From NCBI GenBank assembly GCA_963801605.1, contig CAWDFP010000009.1, positions 1 to 64,000 of the forward strand: a stretch of DNA of 64,000 bases. The letters are read 5' to 3'. Below are positions 39,365 through 48,149 of this stretch, piece after piece. The translations under genes and the position numbers were made by a program. Numbering within the stretch: position 1 is the first letter of the stretch; each line of letters opens with the position of its first letter. The stretch comes from an uncultured candidate division Zixibacteria bacterium. Lineage in GTDB: Bacteria; Zixibacteria; MSB-5A5; UBA10806. Under the pieces are notes generated by a model. It ran no database searches. It was not told where the DNA came from and saw only the letters and a list, made by a program, of their open reading frames with translations.

Positions 39365-39406
39365 GATTTCCGGCCTTTCGCTGGAGGGGAAAAAGGAAGG
39401 AGCACT

Positions 39407-40559
39407 ATGGTCTTTGAATACGATTTCAATGACGGTACCAGATCGAAGATGAAAGTAGTTGGGGTTGGAGGAGCCGGCGGTAACGCAATCAACCGCATGG
39501 TCAATTCCGGCTTCTCTGGTGTCGAGTTTATATCTATTAACACCGATGCTCAGGCTCTGGAGCATTCACGCGCAGATATTAAGATTCAAATTGGAAGAAA
39601 GCTGACCCGTGGCCTCGGAGCCGGCGCCGATCCCGAAGTCGGACGTAAAGCTTTCGAGGAAGACCCCAGCTTAATCGAAGAGGCGTTAGGCGAGGCCAAT
39701 ATCGTCTTCATTACCTGCGGTATGGGCGGCGGCACTGGAACCGGGGCGTCGCCAATGGTTGCCAAGATGGCCAAAGAGATGGGAGCCCTGACAGTTGGTA
39801 TCGTAACCAAGCCGTTCTTGTTCGAGGGTCACCGTAGAATAGCGCAAGCCAATGTTGGGATACGCTCCATCAAGGAATCTGTCGATACGCTGATAATTAT
39901 CCCCAATCAACGCCTCTTGTCGGTTGTGGATAAAAATACTTTGTTGACTGATTCTTTCATGAAAGCCGATGAAGTCCTGCTTGCGGCTACCAAAGGAATT
40001 TCAGATCTCATCACCGTGCCGGGACTGGTAAACGTTGATTTCGCCGATGTTAGGACTATCATGCTAAACGCCGGCGAGGCTCTTATGGGCACCGGTATCG
40101 CTACGGGCGAAAACGCGGGAGAGATAGCCGCCAAGATGGCATTGCATTCTCCTATGCTCGAGGAAATTACTATCGAGGGCGCACGCGGAGTGCTCATCAA
40201 TATTACCGGCGGCAACGATATGACAATCGAGGATATCCAGATGGCTACCGAGACTGTTTATGAGGCTGCTGGAAGTCAGGCCAACATCATCTTCGGCGCT
40301 GTTATCGATGAGGTCATGGCCAACAAGCTGTTTGTGACAGTTATCGCGGCCGGATTCGATAAAAGGGCAGAGGACGTCATCGAGGTAGTCGAGGATGTCG
40401 ATTTATTCGGCGAGCGAGCGGTTCTTACAAAAGGCAAAAAACTTCGTCCCAAACGTCAGATTCTGGAAAAGGTAATTGCCGATAATTATGTTCCGGGTGA
40501 TATTGAAAATCCCGACCTTTATTCGCAATCAGGCTGAAGCGACGATTCAGCAAAATTAA
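39407..40559 (+). CDS. ftsZ: Cell division protein FtsZ (one indel near the C-terminus)
   Basis: [24 protein letters not shown]; removing one A near 40507-40510 restores the conserved tail [11 protein letters not shown], stop at 40559. Confidence 0.98.
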
Positions 40560-40576
40560 CATATACGCATCCAGCG

Positions 40577-40610
40577 GCAGGCAGGGACTCAGTGAGTCCC
40601 TGTTTGTGTT
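40577..40610 (+). terminator. Terminator between ftsZ and the convergent OmpA gene
   Basis: CAGGGACTC-agt-GAGTCCCTG followed by TTTGTGTT. Confidence 0.7.
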
Positions 40611-40627
40611 AGTAGAATTTGCGAGGC

Positions 40628-42148
40628 TTACTCAGTGCCCACCGAAATAATCTCCACTCGCCTGTTTTTCTGACGGCCCTCCGGTGTCTTGTTATCGGCA
40701 ATAGAAAATTCCGGATCTTCACCGAAACCCTCGGCTTTCATCCGCGACGGGTCGATCCCCTTGGATTTCAGATAGGCCATCACGGCATCTGCCCGTTTCT
40801 GCGATAGCTCTTTGTTTGCTTCATTCGTGCCGACATCGTCAGTAAATCCGCCTATTTCAATTTTCATGGCGATATAAGCTGACATAGTCTGAACCAGTTC
40901 ATTGAGAATTTTCTTCGAAGCCGCGTCCGGCTCGTAGGAACCTGACTTGTATATGATATTAAGAGTAATCTTTTTCGATGGCGGCTTTACATCGACCGGG
41001 CAGCCGACGCTATCAACCTTGACTCCCGGCGGAGTCGTGGGGCACTTATCTATGCCATCGTAAACGCCATCACCATCGCTATCAATCCCTACACCATTCT
41101 CGTCGACTTGGGCCCCCTTAGGAGTATTCGGTTCCTTATCTTTGAAATCGGGGACTCCATCGCCGTCGCTATCGAGCGGGCACCCGAGCTTATCGACCGT
41201 GACCCCCTTGGGAGTGTTGGGGCATTTATCTATGCCGTCATATACCCCATCCTGATCCGAATCGAGCGGGCAGCCGGTGATATCTACCAGCGCGCCTTTT
41301 GGCGTATCGGGGCAAAGATCGAGACCGTCGAAAACGCCATCGCCGTCAAAATCAAGCGGACAGCCATATTTGTCCACCAGCGCGCCCAATGGCGTATTAT
41401 CGCAAACATCGAATTTGTCTTTGACTCCGTCGTGATCAGCATCGGAACTGACACCGAAAAAGTATGTCAGGCCGATTGTCGGCTCAAAATACTTTGTAAA
41501 AGGTCGATCTTTCCATTCCGATGCTTTCCCATAGATTAGCGGACTGCTAGAAGTACTTAGATTCTTAATTCCCCAATTATATCTTCCCTGGAGGTCGAGT
41601 GTCAGACAATTACTTATCCAATAGTTTACTCCCAAGCCGAGCTTGAAATTAAGGTCTCGGAAACTGTATTCGTCACCTTTTATAGCGCTTCCATATTGAG
41701 GTAGCGTTTCCAGAACTTTCATCTTCCAGAAATCAAGCCCAACTCCGAATAGAACATAAGGCTGTGTCTTTTGCGATTGCCTGAAATAGTATTGGCCCGT
41801 GAAGCTTGATAGTATTCCCGTTAATTTCGTATAAGCATTATCCTTGCTGCGGAATTTAAATGACTTACTGCCGCTTCCGCTGGTATCGTCGTATGAGGTG
41901 GTTATCCCCAATGTAAAATCGAGAGCAAAGCTTTTGGTTACACCCCGCTTAATGTCTACCACTCCGTTTAATCCCATCATAAACGGCTCATCGACTCCAA
42001 ATGCTCTATAATTATTGCCGGGGCCAAGCGGAATGAAGAATGGTCCTCGGATTCCGACCGCGTACTTATTGGCCCAATCGGCCGCCCAGGCTGAGCCGGA
42101 AATTAGTATCAACATTATCAATATTCCTGATATCATGCAGCTTTTCAC
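40628..42148 (-). CDS. OmpA-family outer membrane protein (N-terminal beta-barrel, TSP3 repeats, peptidoglycan-binding domain)
   Basis: Signal peptide, barrel ending GLTYFFG, DxDxDG repeats, GFTD..N.ELS.KRA..V and NRRVE motifs. Confidence 0.92.
   Translation of the reverse strand: MKSCMISGILIMLILISGSAWAADWANKYAVGIRGPFFIPLGPGNNYRAFGVDEPFMMGLNGVVDIKRGVTKSFALDFTLGITTSYDDTSGSGSKSFKFRSKDNAYTKLTGILSSFTGQYYFRQSQKTQPYVLFGVGLDFWKMKVLETLPQYGSAIKGDEYSFRDLNFKLGLGVNYWISNCLTLDLQGRYNWGIKNLSTSSSPLIYGKASEWKDRPFTKYFEPTIGLTYFFGVSSDADHDGVKDKFDVCDNTPLGALVDKYGCPLDFDGDGVFDGLDLCPDTPKGALVDITGCPLDSDQDGVYDGIDKCPNTPKGVTVDKLGCPLDSDGDGVPDFKDKEPNTPKGAQVDENGVGIDSDGDGVYDGIDKCPTTPPGVKVDSVGCPVDVKPPSKKITLNIIYKSGSYEPDAASKKILNELVQTMSAYIAMKIEIGGFTDDVGTNEANKELSQKRADAVMAYLKSKGIDPSRMKAEGFGEDPEFSIADNKTPEGRQKNRRVEIISVGTE
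40996..41443 (-). repeat. Five tandem TSP3-like Ca2+-binding repeats within the OmpA gene
   Basis: Units DxDxDGVxDxxDxCPxTPxGxxVDxxGCP at a 29-residue period. Confidence 0.85.
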
Positions 42149-42198
42149 TGGAAACTCCTTTTATACGGTATTTTCATGAGCTTTTATACGAAAGTAAA

Positions 42199-42975
42199 TT
42201 ATTCCCGTTTCCTGAAGTTTTCTTCAAATGCGGCAATATCCTGCTGGTATCTCCTGGTAATTTCCGCCAATATCGAATTGGTAAATACCTCGGGCTGTGG
42301 GTTTTTAATAAGTTCTACCATCACGCGTGCCACATCTTCTGCCGTTTGAGGTTGAGCCAACCTTATCCCTGCCGGCATTTGAAGCGTTCCGCCCAGGGCG
42401 TTCTTTGAAAAATCAGTCATCACGGGTCCCGGCATGAGAGTTGATATCTTGATATCGGGATAATCGGTCGCCAAGTCCATTCGCAGATTCGATGTCATGC
42501 TATTCAATGCCGCTTTCGAGGCGCTGTAAATCGATCTAAATGTCACGAATGGCACCTTACCCAGGAATGATGAGACATTGATCAGGTGCCCCTTCTTGCG
42601 TTCCTGAAAATAGGGGATAATTACTTGCATGCCATATAATGCCGATTTGAGATTAACAGTGATTATCTCATCGAATTCCGAATCGCTTAATTCCAGTACG
42701 CTGCGCCCGATACCTCGTCCGGCATTGTTAACCCAGACATCGATTACGCCGAATCTTTCGAGCGCTTTCGTTTTCAGGTTTTCGATATCAGCGCGTCTGG
42801 TGACATCGCAAACAATCGCTAACGCGTCATTTCCCAGACTCTTAACAATACTTTGGAGTTCAGGACCCCGTCTGGCCGCCAAAACCAGTTTATGCCCCTC
42901 GGCTGAGAGCTGCCTTGCCGACTCCGCTCCAATTCCGGAACTGGCTCCCGTGATGATAATTACTTTGGTTTCCAT
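42199..42975 (-). CDS. Short-chain dehydrogenase/reductase
   Basis: TGASSGIG, NNAG, NVSS, YSASK; ARR after the second strand suggests NADP(H) preference. Confidence 0.93.
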   Translation of the reverse strand: METKVIIITGASSGIGAESARQLSAEGHKLVLAARRGPELQSIVKSLGNDALAIVCDVTRRADIENLKTKALERFGVIDVWVNNAGRGIGRSVLELSDSEFDEIITVNLKSALYGMQVIIPYFQERKKGHLINVSSFLGKVPFVTFRSIYSASKAALNSMTSNLRMDLATDYPDIKISTLMPGPVMTDFSKNALGGTLQMPAGIRLAQPQTAEDVARVMVELIKNPQPEVFTNSILAEITRRYQQDIAAFEENFRKRE

Positions 42976-43072
42976 ATTTCCCTCTGATTGCTTAGCAATA
43001 AAATATTTCGAGCGATGGCGCAATAATGCAATTAGACTTAATTAAGAATACAGCGTTGATGATTGTGATTTC

Positions 43073-43111
43073 AAGAAAAAACCGCGGCCGGAAATAACCA
43101 GGCCGCAGTTT
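43073..43111 (-). terminator. Terminator after pntB
   Basis: Stem AAAC(C/T)GCGGCC with a minus-strand TTTTTTCTT tail just past the pntB stop. Confidence 0.6.
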
Positions 43112-43117
43112 GGCTTT

Positions 43118-44524
43118 TTACTGCCCGGCGCCGGTAAGTTGCTTGACCAGATCGCCGACAACAGCCTTAGCATCCCCAAACAGCATAAAGGTGTTGTTGT
43201 TGAAATAAAGCTCGTTATCGATACCGGCAAAACCGGGATTCTTGCTCCGTTTGATTGCCAGGACCATCTTGGCCTTATCGGCATCGATAATCGGCATGCC
43301 GTAAATAGGAGTCGATTTATCGGTGCGAGCAGCGGGGTTTACGACATCATTGGCGCCTATTACCAACGCCACATCGCATTCCGGCATATCAGGATTAATA
43401 TCATCCATCTCGGCCAGATCGGCATAGGGGATATCGGCTTCGGCCAGAAGCACATTCATATGGCCGGGCATTCTCCCCGCCACCGGGTGAATGGCAAATT
43501 TAACTTTGATACCACGTTTGGTGAGTTGGTCGTATAGCTCGCGCACCCGATGTTGCGCCTGTGCTACCGCCATTCCATATCCGGGAATTATCACTACAAA
43601 ATTGGCCTGCTCCAAATATTTGCGCGGCCCCCTCGATACTCTCCTGTTTATAAACCTTCTCCTCGCCAGTTGCCTTTGCCGCCTGTACTTTTCCAAATGC
43701 CCCGAAAAGAACATTGGCGAACGAACGATTCATGGCTTTGCACATGATGATTGAGAGTATCAAACCGCTGGAACCATCGAGAGCGCCGGCTACAATCAGT
43801 AGCTTATTATCGAGCACAAATCCCATCGCGACCGCCGAAAGTCCGGCATAGGAATTCAGGATCGAGATCACAGTCGGCATATCGGCCCCGCCAATCGGAA
43901 TAATGAAGAGCACGCCGAAAACAAGCGCCAATCCTACAATAGTCAGGAATATCGCCGCCGACCAGGGCGCGGCCGGGTTGACTATCAGTACAATACCCAA
44001 TGTCGCCGCCACTACCAGCAGACCGATATTAATCACATTCTGCAGAGGATAAGTCACTGGCCTTTGGGGAATCCACTTGACCTCTTGGCAGCTTTCCGGC
44101 CGCTAAAAGGCTGCCGGTGAAGGTCAGGAATCCGAGAATGATCTCGGCTATAATAGCTATCATCCGAAATGGCGTAAGATTTTCGGGACCCTCGCCCAGC
44201 CAGAGGAAATACTTGGCCGTGCCTACCAAGACCCGCCGCGATACCACCGAACGCGTGGGAAAGCGCTGTCCGTTGCGGCACCGCTGTTAACGGTACCCGC
44301 GAGAGCGGTACACCCACTACGAACCCGGCGGCTATGGCCAGAATTATCCAGCCGTGATGTATTATCAGGGGCTGGAACCAGGTTGCCAGAACGGCTATCA
44401 ACATCGCGCCGACACCCGCGAATACTCCTCGACGGGCTGTCTTGGGATCGTTCATCCAGTGGAGCGAGAAGATGAACAGTATCGATGAAAGGAGATACGA
44501 GATTTGTTCTATACTGTATATCAT
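43118..44524 (-). CDS. pntB: NAD(P) transhydrogenase subunit beta (frameshifted)
   Basis: PQRTALSH, TFTGS, PIGGADMP.VIS.LNS, PGYGMAVAQAQ, HPVAGRMPGHMNVLLAEA, GANDVVNP, GDAK. Confidence 0.95.
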
Positions 44525-44967
44525 TGTTTCTTGAACATTTTAAGCATTCTATCGGTTATCAGAAAACCGCTCACGATATTCGTCATCGAGGCGAACAGAG
44601 CGATTCCTCCAAGCAGTCGGACATAGGGGGGATAGTCGGAGCCTGTTACGACAATCGAACCAACCACGGCAATCGCCGATATGGCGTTGGTTAGGGACAT
44701 CAGGGGGGTATGCAGCAGCCGCGACACCCGACGGATAACCCCCAATCCTATAAATGTCGCCAGCGCCAGCACGAACAGCATCGACCAGTAATCTACCGGT
44801 TGCGCCGTGTGAGCCACCGGCTGGACAGCGTGAACTGCCGTTTGCGCGGAATCCGCGAACGGTTCGGCTACCGGATTCGCGAGAGCCGCGCTGGCTAACA
44901 CCAGTACGGATACCAGGACAATTCTAATCAGGCGCCAGTCCCGTCTACGCGGGATTTCTGGAGGCAT
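44521..44967 (-). CDS. pntAB: NAD(P) transhydrogenase alpha subunit, membrane part only (alpha2), with an N-terminal extension
   Basis: LHTPLMSLTNAIS and NIVSGFLITDRMLKMF; AAAGGAG RBS; no domain I sequence. Confidence 0.9.
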   Translation of the reverse strand: MPPEIPRRRDWRLIRIVLVSVLVLASAALANPVAEPFADSAQTAVHAVQPVAHTAQPVDYWSMLFVLALATFIGLGVIRRVSRLLHTPLMSLTNAISAIAVVGSIVVTGSDYPPYVRLLGGIALFASMTNIVSGFLITDRMLKMFKKQ

Positions 44968-45055
44968 CAAATGCTCCTTTCAATAAAATTTCAATAAAGC
45001 CCCAAACATTTCAAAAACTCCAGATTAGGGGCGGATTGTTCCGGGGGGAAAATCC

Positions 45056-45102
45056 TTGACAGTAGCCCGCTGGGGTGTTACTTTTTTTCAAGGAGGTAAC
45101 AT
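45056..45102 (+). promoter_or_regulatory. nikR promoter with an overlapping NikR-type operator
   Basis: TTGACA (45056)-17 nt-TACTTT with an extended TG; inverted repeat GTGTTAC-N14-GTAACAT (45075-45102) spans the -10 and RBS. Confidence 0.8.
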
Positions 45103-45103
45103 T

Positions 45104-45529
45104 ATGGCGAGTTCACTTGAAAGATTCAGCGTTTCAATGAAGGATGATATCCTCTACCAGCTCGATAATCTGGTCAAGGCTAAGGGGTATGCCAACCGCT
45201 CTCATGCAATTTCAGAAATGGTCAAAGACAATATTGTTGAATATCAAGGTCAGCAAAACGAGCGAGAGATTGCGGGCTCTATCACGCTTATATATGATCA
45301 CCACAAACGTAATATCCAGTCGCTTTTGACCAAAATTCAGCATGATCACGGTGCTCAGATTATCGCTGCCCTGCATGCCCATCTCGATCACAATAATTGT
45401 ATGGAGGTATTGGCTGTGCGGGGAAATGCCAAAGAAGTCAGGAAGCTTGCCGATAGACTCCTTGCAGCTAAGGGAGTAAAGCATGGGAAGTTTACATTGA
45501 CAGCCACAGGCAAAGAATTTCCTAAATAA
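45104..45529 (+). CDS. nikR: Nickel-responsive transcriptional regulator
   Basis: Ribbon-helix-helix RFSVS..NRS, YDHH, QHDH, HAHLDHNNCMEV Ni site, KGVKHG. Confidence 0.95.
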   Translation: MASSLERFSVSMKDDILYQLDNLVKAKGYANRSHAISEMVKDNIVEYQGQQNEREIAGSITLIYDHHKRNIQSLLTKIQHDHGAQIIAALHAHLDHNNCMEVLAVRGNAKEVRKLADRLLAAKGVKHGKFTLTATGKEFPK

Positions 45530-45530
45530 T

Positions 45531-46490
45531 ATGCATATACCCGATGGATTCTTAGATACAAAAACAGTCGTTGCCTCGGCTGGGATGGCCGCGGTAGGTT
45601 TAGGTTATGCTCTCAGGCATGTCAAACAATCAAATACTGCTCGCAAGGTGCCGCTAATTGGCTTAACCTCCGCTTTTGTTTTCGCTGCTCAAATGCTGAA
45701 TTTTCCGGTGGCCGGTGGAACGTCCGGGCATCTTATTGGCGCGACTCTGGCAGTTGTACTCCTGGGACCGGCTGCTGCCGTACTATCGATGACCTCGGTT
45801 ATCATTTTGCAATGTTTAATGTTCGCCGATGGTGGCCTGACTGCTTTGGGAGCTAATATTTTCAACATGGCTTTGATCGCTCCGCTGGCCGCCTACGTCA
45901 TATATAAATCGGTTATCGGCTTGCTTGGAGACTCCCATCGCTCCCAACTTACCGCCACTGCATTCGCAGCCTGGTGCTCGACAGTGGTTACCTCAGTTGC
46001 CTGTGCTGGTGAACTGGCAATTTCCGGTACTATCGGATGGCGGCTTGCTTTTCCCGCTATGGCCGGTATACACGCCCTTATCGGAATAGGCGAGGCTCTT
46101 ATCACTACACTTGTCGTTGCGGCAATTGCCCGGCTCCGCCCAGAGATGATTGCATATCAGAATCGCCCGCAGACGAGATACCGGCAGATTCTCATATTTG
46201 GTCTCATTATCTCCTGCGGATTGATAATCTTCATAGCGCCTTTCGCATCGAGTTGGCCCGATGGCCTGGAGCGAGTAGCCGAAAATTTAGGATTCGCCCA
46301 GAAAGCATCGGAAACAGCAATATTAAAATCACCTATACCCGATTATCAAACACCCGGGATCGGATCAGCAACTATTTCTACAATTTTGGCCGGCTTAATA
46401 GGAGTGTTGATTATATTCGGGCTCTCGTATATCCTGGCCAGAATCCTGACTCAATCGAAAAAGTCAATCCAGCCGCGGGTGCAAGATTAA
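45531..46490 (+). CDS. nikMN: ECF Ni/Co transporter substrate component, fused NikMN/CbiMN type
   Basis: N-terminal MHIPDG, GTSGHLIG, ADGG, H.LIG.GE, C-terminal PDGLE domain. Confidence 0.92.
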   Translation: MHIPDGFLDTKTVVASAGMAAVGLGYALRHVKQSNTARKVPLIGLTSAFVFAAQMLNFPVAGGTSGHLIGATLAVVLLGPAAAVLSMTSVIILQCLMFADGGLTALGANIFNMALIAPLAAYVIYKSVIGLLGDSHRSQLTATAFAAWCSTVVTSVACAGELAISGTIGWRLAFPAMAGIHALIGIGEALITTLVVAAIARLRPEMIAYQNRPQTRYRQILIFGLIISCGLIIFIAPFASSWPDGLERVAENLGFAQKASETAILKSPIPDYQTPGIGSATISTILAGLIGVLIIFGLSYILARILTQSKKSIQPRVQD

Positions 46491-46493
46491 GCT

Positions 46494-47102
46494 ATGAGAA
46501 TACATGATCCCTATATTGAAGGCGATAGTGTTATGCATAGAATGCCCGCGGGGGTAAAACTGCTTTCCGCCTTCATATTAATTCTGACGGCGGTGATATT
46601 ACCCAGTGCCTTCTGGATAGGCTATATGGCAATTGGCGCGGTTATAGTCATGGCTGCTTTGGTATCAAAATTGCCATATCTAAAAATTTTCAAACGATTG
46701 ATATTGCTCGAGCCCTTTGTCCTTATTGTATCCGTCTTGTCAATATTTCAGCCAAATGGCGATACGATCTTTGCCTCATTAATTGCCAGGGGAAGCCTGA
46801 GTCTTTGTGTTATGATACTATTCGTCGCTACCACACGCTTCTCCGATATCATAAGCGTCCTTTGGAAGGCGCGTATCCCTGCTGCGCTCGTTACAACGCT
46901 CTCCCTGATGTACCGTTATCTATTCCTGATCGTCTCAGAAGCGGATCGGATGTCAAGAGCCAGGGCGGGACGGACCTTCATTTCGAATCGCCCGTTTCTT
47001 TGGCGTAATTTCGGCGATATTATCGGATATCTCTTTGTGCGGACATCTGAACGGGCCGAGCGGATTTACGCCGCCATGTGCGCCCGAGGTTGGAAAGTAT
47101 GA
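46494..47102 (+). CDS. nikQ: ECF transporter transmembrane component
   Basis: YRYL, RAERIYAAMCARG of the CbiQ/EcfT family. Confidence 0.9.
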   Translation: MRIHDPYIEGDSVMHRMPAGVKLLSAFILILTAVILPSAFWIGYMAIGAVIVMAALVSKLPYLKIFKRLILLEPFVLIVSVLSIFQPNGDTIFASLIARGSLSLCVMILFVATTRFSDIISVLWKARIPAALVTTLSLMYRYLFLIVSEADRMSRARAGRTFISNRPFLWRNFGDIIGYLFVRTSERAERIYAAMCARGWKV

Positions 47103-47845
47103 ACGCCATCGAAATCGATAGCCTCAGCTACCGTTTCCAAGATGGTTCCCGGGCCCTGAATGAAATATCGTTCACAGTGGCGCCGGGGGAGAAGGTCGGC
47201 GTCATCGGCCCCAACGGAGCCGGGAAATCCACCTTGCTCTGGCATCTCAACGGCCTCTTGCCCGATAAGCCTGGCGATAATTCGCCCGTCACAATTCTCG
47301 GCTTACCCGTAATTCATAGAAATCTACCGGCGATCCGCGCTCGTGTCGGACTGCTTTTTCAGAATCCTGATGACCAGCTCTTCTGTCCTACTGTTTGGGA
47401 GGACGTCGCCTTTGGACCCCGACAGCTTGGCAAAAAGGAGCCGGAGTTGACCGCGATCGTGCACGAGGCTCTGGCGAAGGTTGGCTTGGTTGATTTCGAA
47501 AACCGCAATACTCAGCATCTGAGCCAGGGGGAGAAGCATCGGGCTTGCCTGGCCGGAGTGCTGGCATGCGAAGCCGAAATTCTGGCGCTCGATGAGCCTA
47601 CCAGTGATCTCGATCCCCGCGGACGGCGCGAACTGCGCGAGCTTCTGCGCCAGTTGCCGGTTACACAGATTATCGCTACTCATGATCTGGAGTTGGTGGT
47701 GGAACTATGCCCACGCGTGATTGTGATGGATGGCGGCCGCATTATCGCCGATGGCCCCACCTCGGAACTCCTCGATAACGAGCCTCTCATGCTCGCCCAT
47801 GGCCTCGAACGCCCGCATATATTAAGACATAGGCACCCGCATTAA
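47099..47845 (+). CDS. nikO: ECF transporter ATPase
   Basis: GPNGAGKST, FQNPDDQLF, LSQGE, LDEPT, THD; His-rich tail HILRHRHPH. Confidence 0.92.
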   Translation: MNAIEIDSLSYRFQDGSRALNEISFTVAPGEKVGVIGPNGAGKSTLLWHLNGLLPDKPGDNSPVTILGLPVIHRNLPAIRARVGLLFQNPDDQLFCPTVWEDVAFGPRQLGKKEPELTAIVHEALAKVGLVDFENRNTQHLSQGEKHRACLAGVLACEAEILALDEPTSDLDPRGRRELRELLRQLPVTQIIATHDLELVVELCPRVIVMDGGRIIADGPTSELLDNEPLMLAHGLERPHILRHRHPH

Positions 47846-48084
47846 AAAGAAAGCTGTGCTATTTGCGCCGATTTATAGGCAATTATGTAACAATAAAAAA
47901 GAGGCCTAGCGTTTTCACTGAGCCCCTACAAACCAAACCTGCATAACGACCTATTCCAATACGTGGATATTCTTCTTGGCGCAAATATCTTTCAACTACT
48001 TCGGCTTAAACCCTCCCGCCAACGTGCGGGTAAAATGCCTCCCCATGAGCGATTTCAGTAGCCGCCCCAAATCCGAAAAAGTGC

Positions 48085-48113
48085 TTGCAATTAAAGTCAT
48101 GCAGCCCTACAAT
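48085..48113 (+). promoter_or_regulatory. Putative sigma70 promoter
   Basis: TTGCAA-17 nt-TACAAT upstream of ATG 48150. Confidence 0.6.
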
Positions 48114-48149
48114 GAAGCGTAAATCAATTTACCTAACCGGGAAGGGATT

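Noticed and set aside
39925..39933. Second perfect DnaA box
   Set aside because: It lies inside the ftsZ coding sequence (V-V-D-K codons) and is isolated, so chance is a sufficient explanation.
40996..41443. Periodic DNA repeats resembling an array or CRISPR
   Set aside because: They are degenerate in-frame TSP3 protein repeats inside the OmpA gene, with no identical repeats or unique spacers.
44980..45530. Cobalamin or NiCo riboswitch controlling the ECF transporter
   Set aside because: No B12-box or NiCo aptamer is visible and there is no room for one; the NikR operator already explains regulation.
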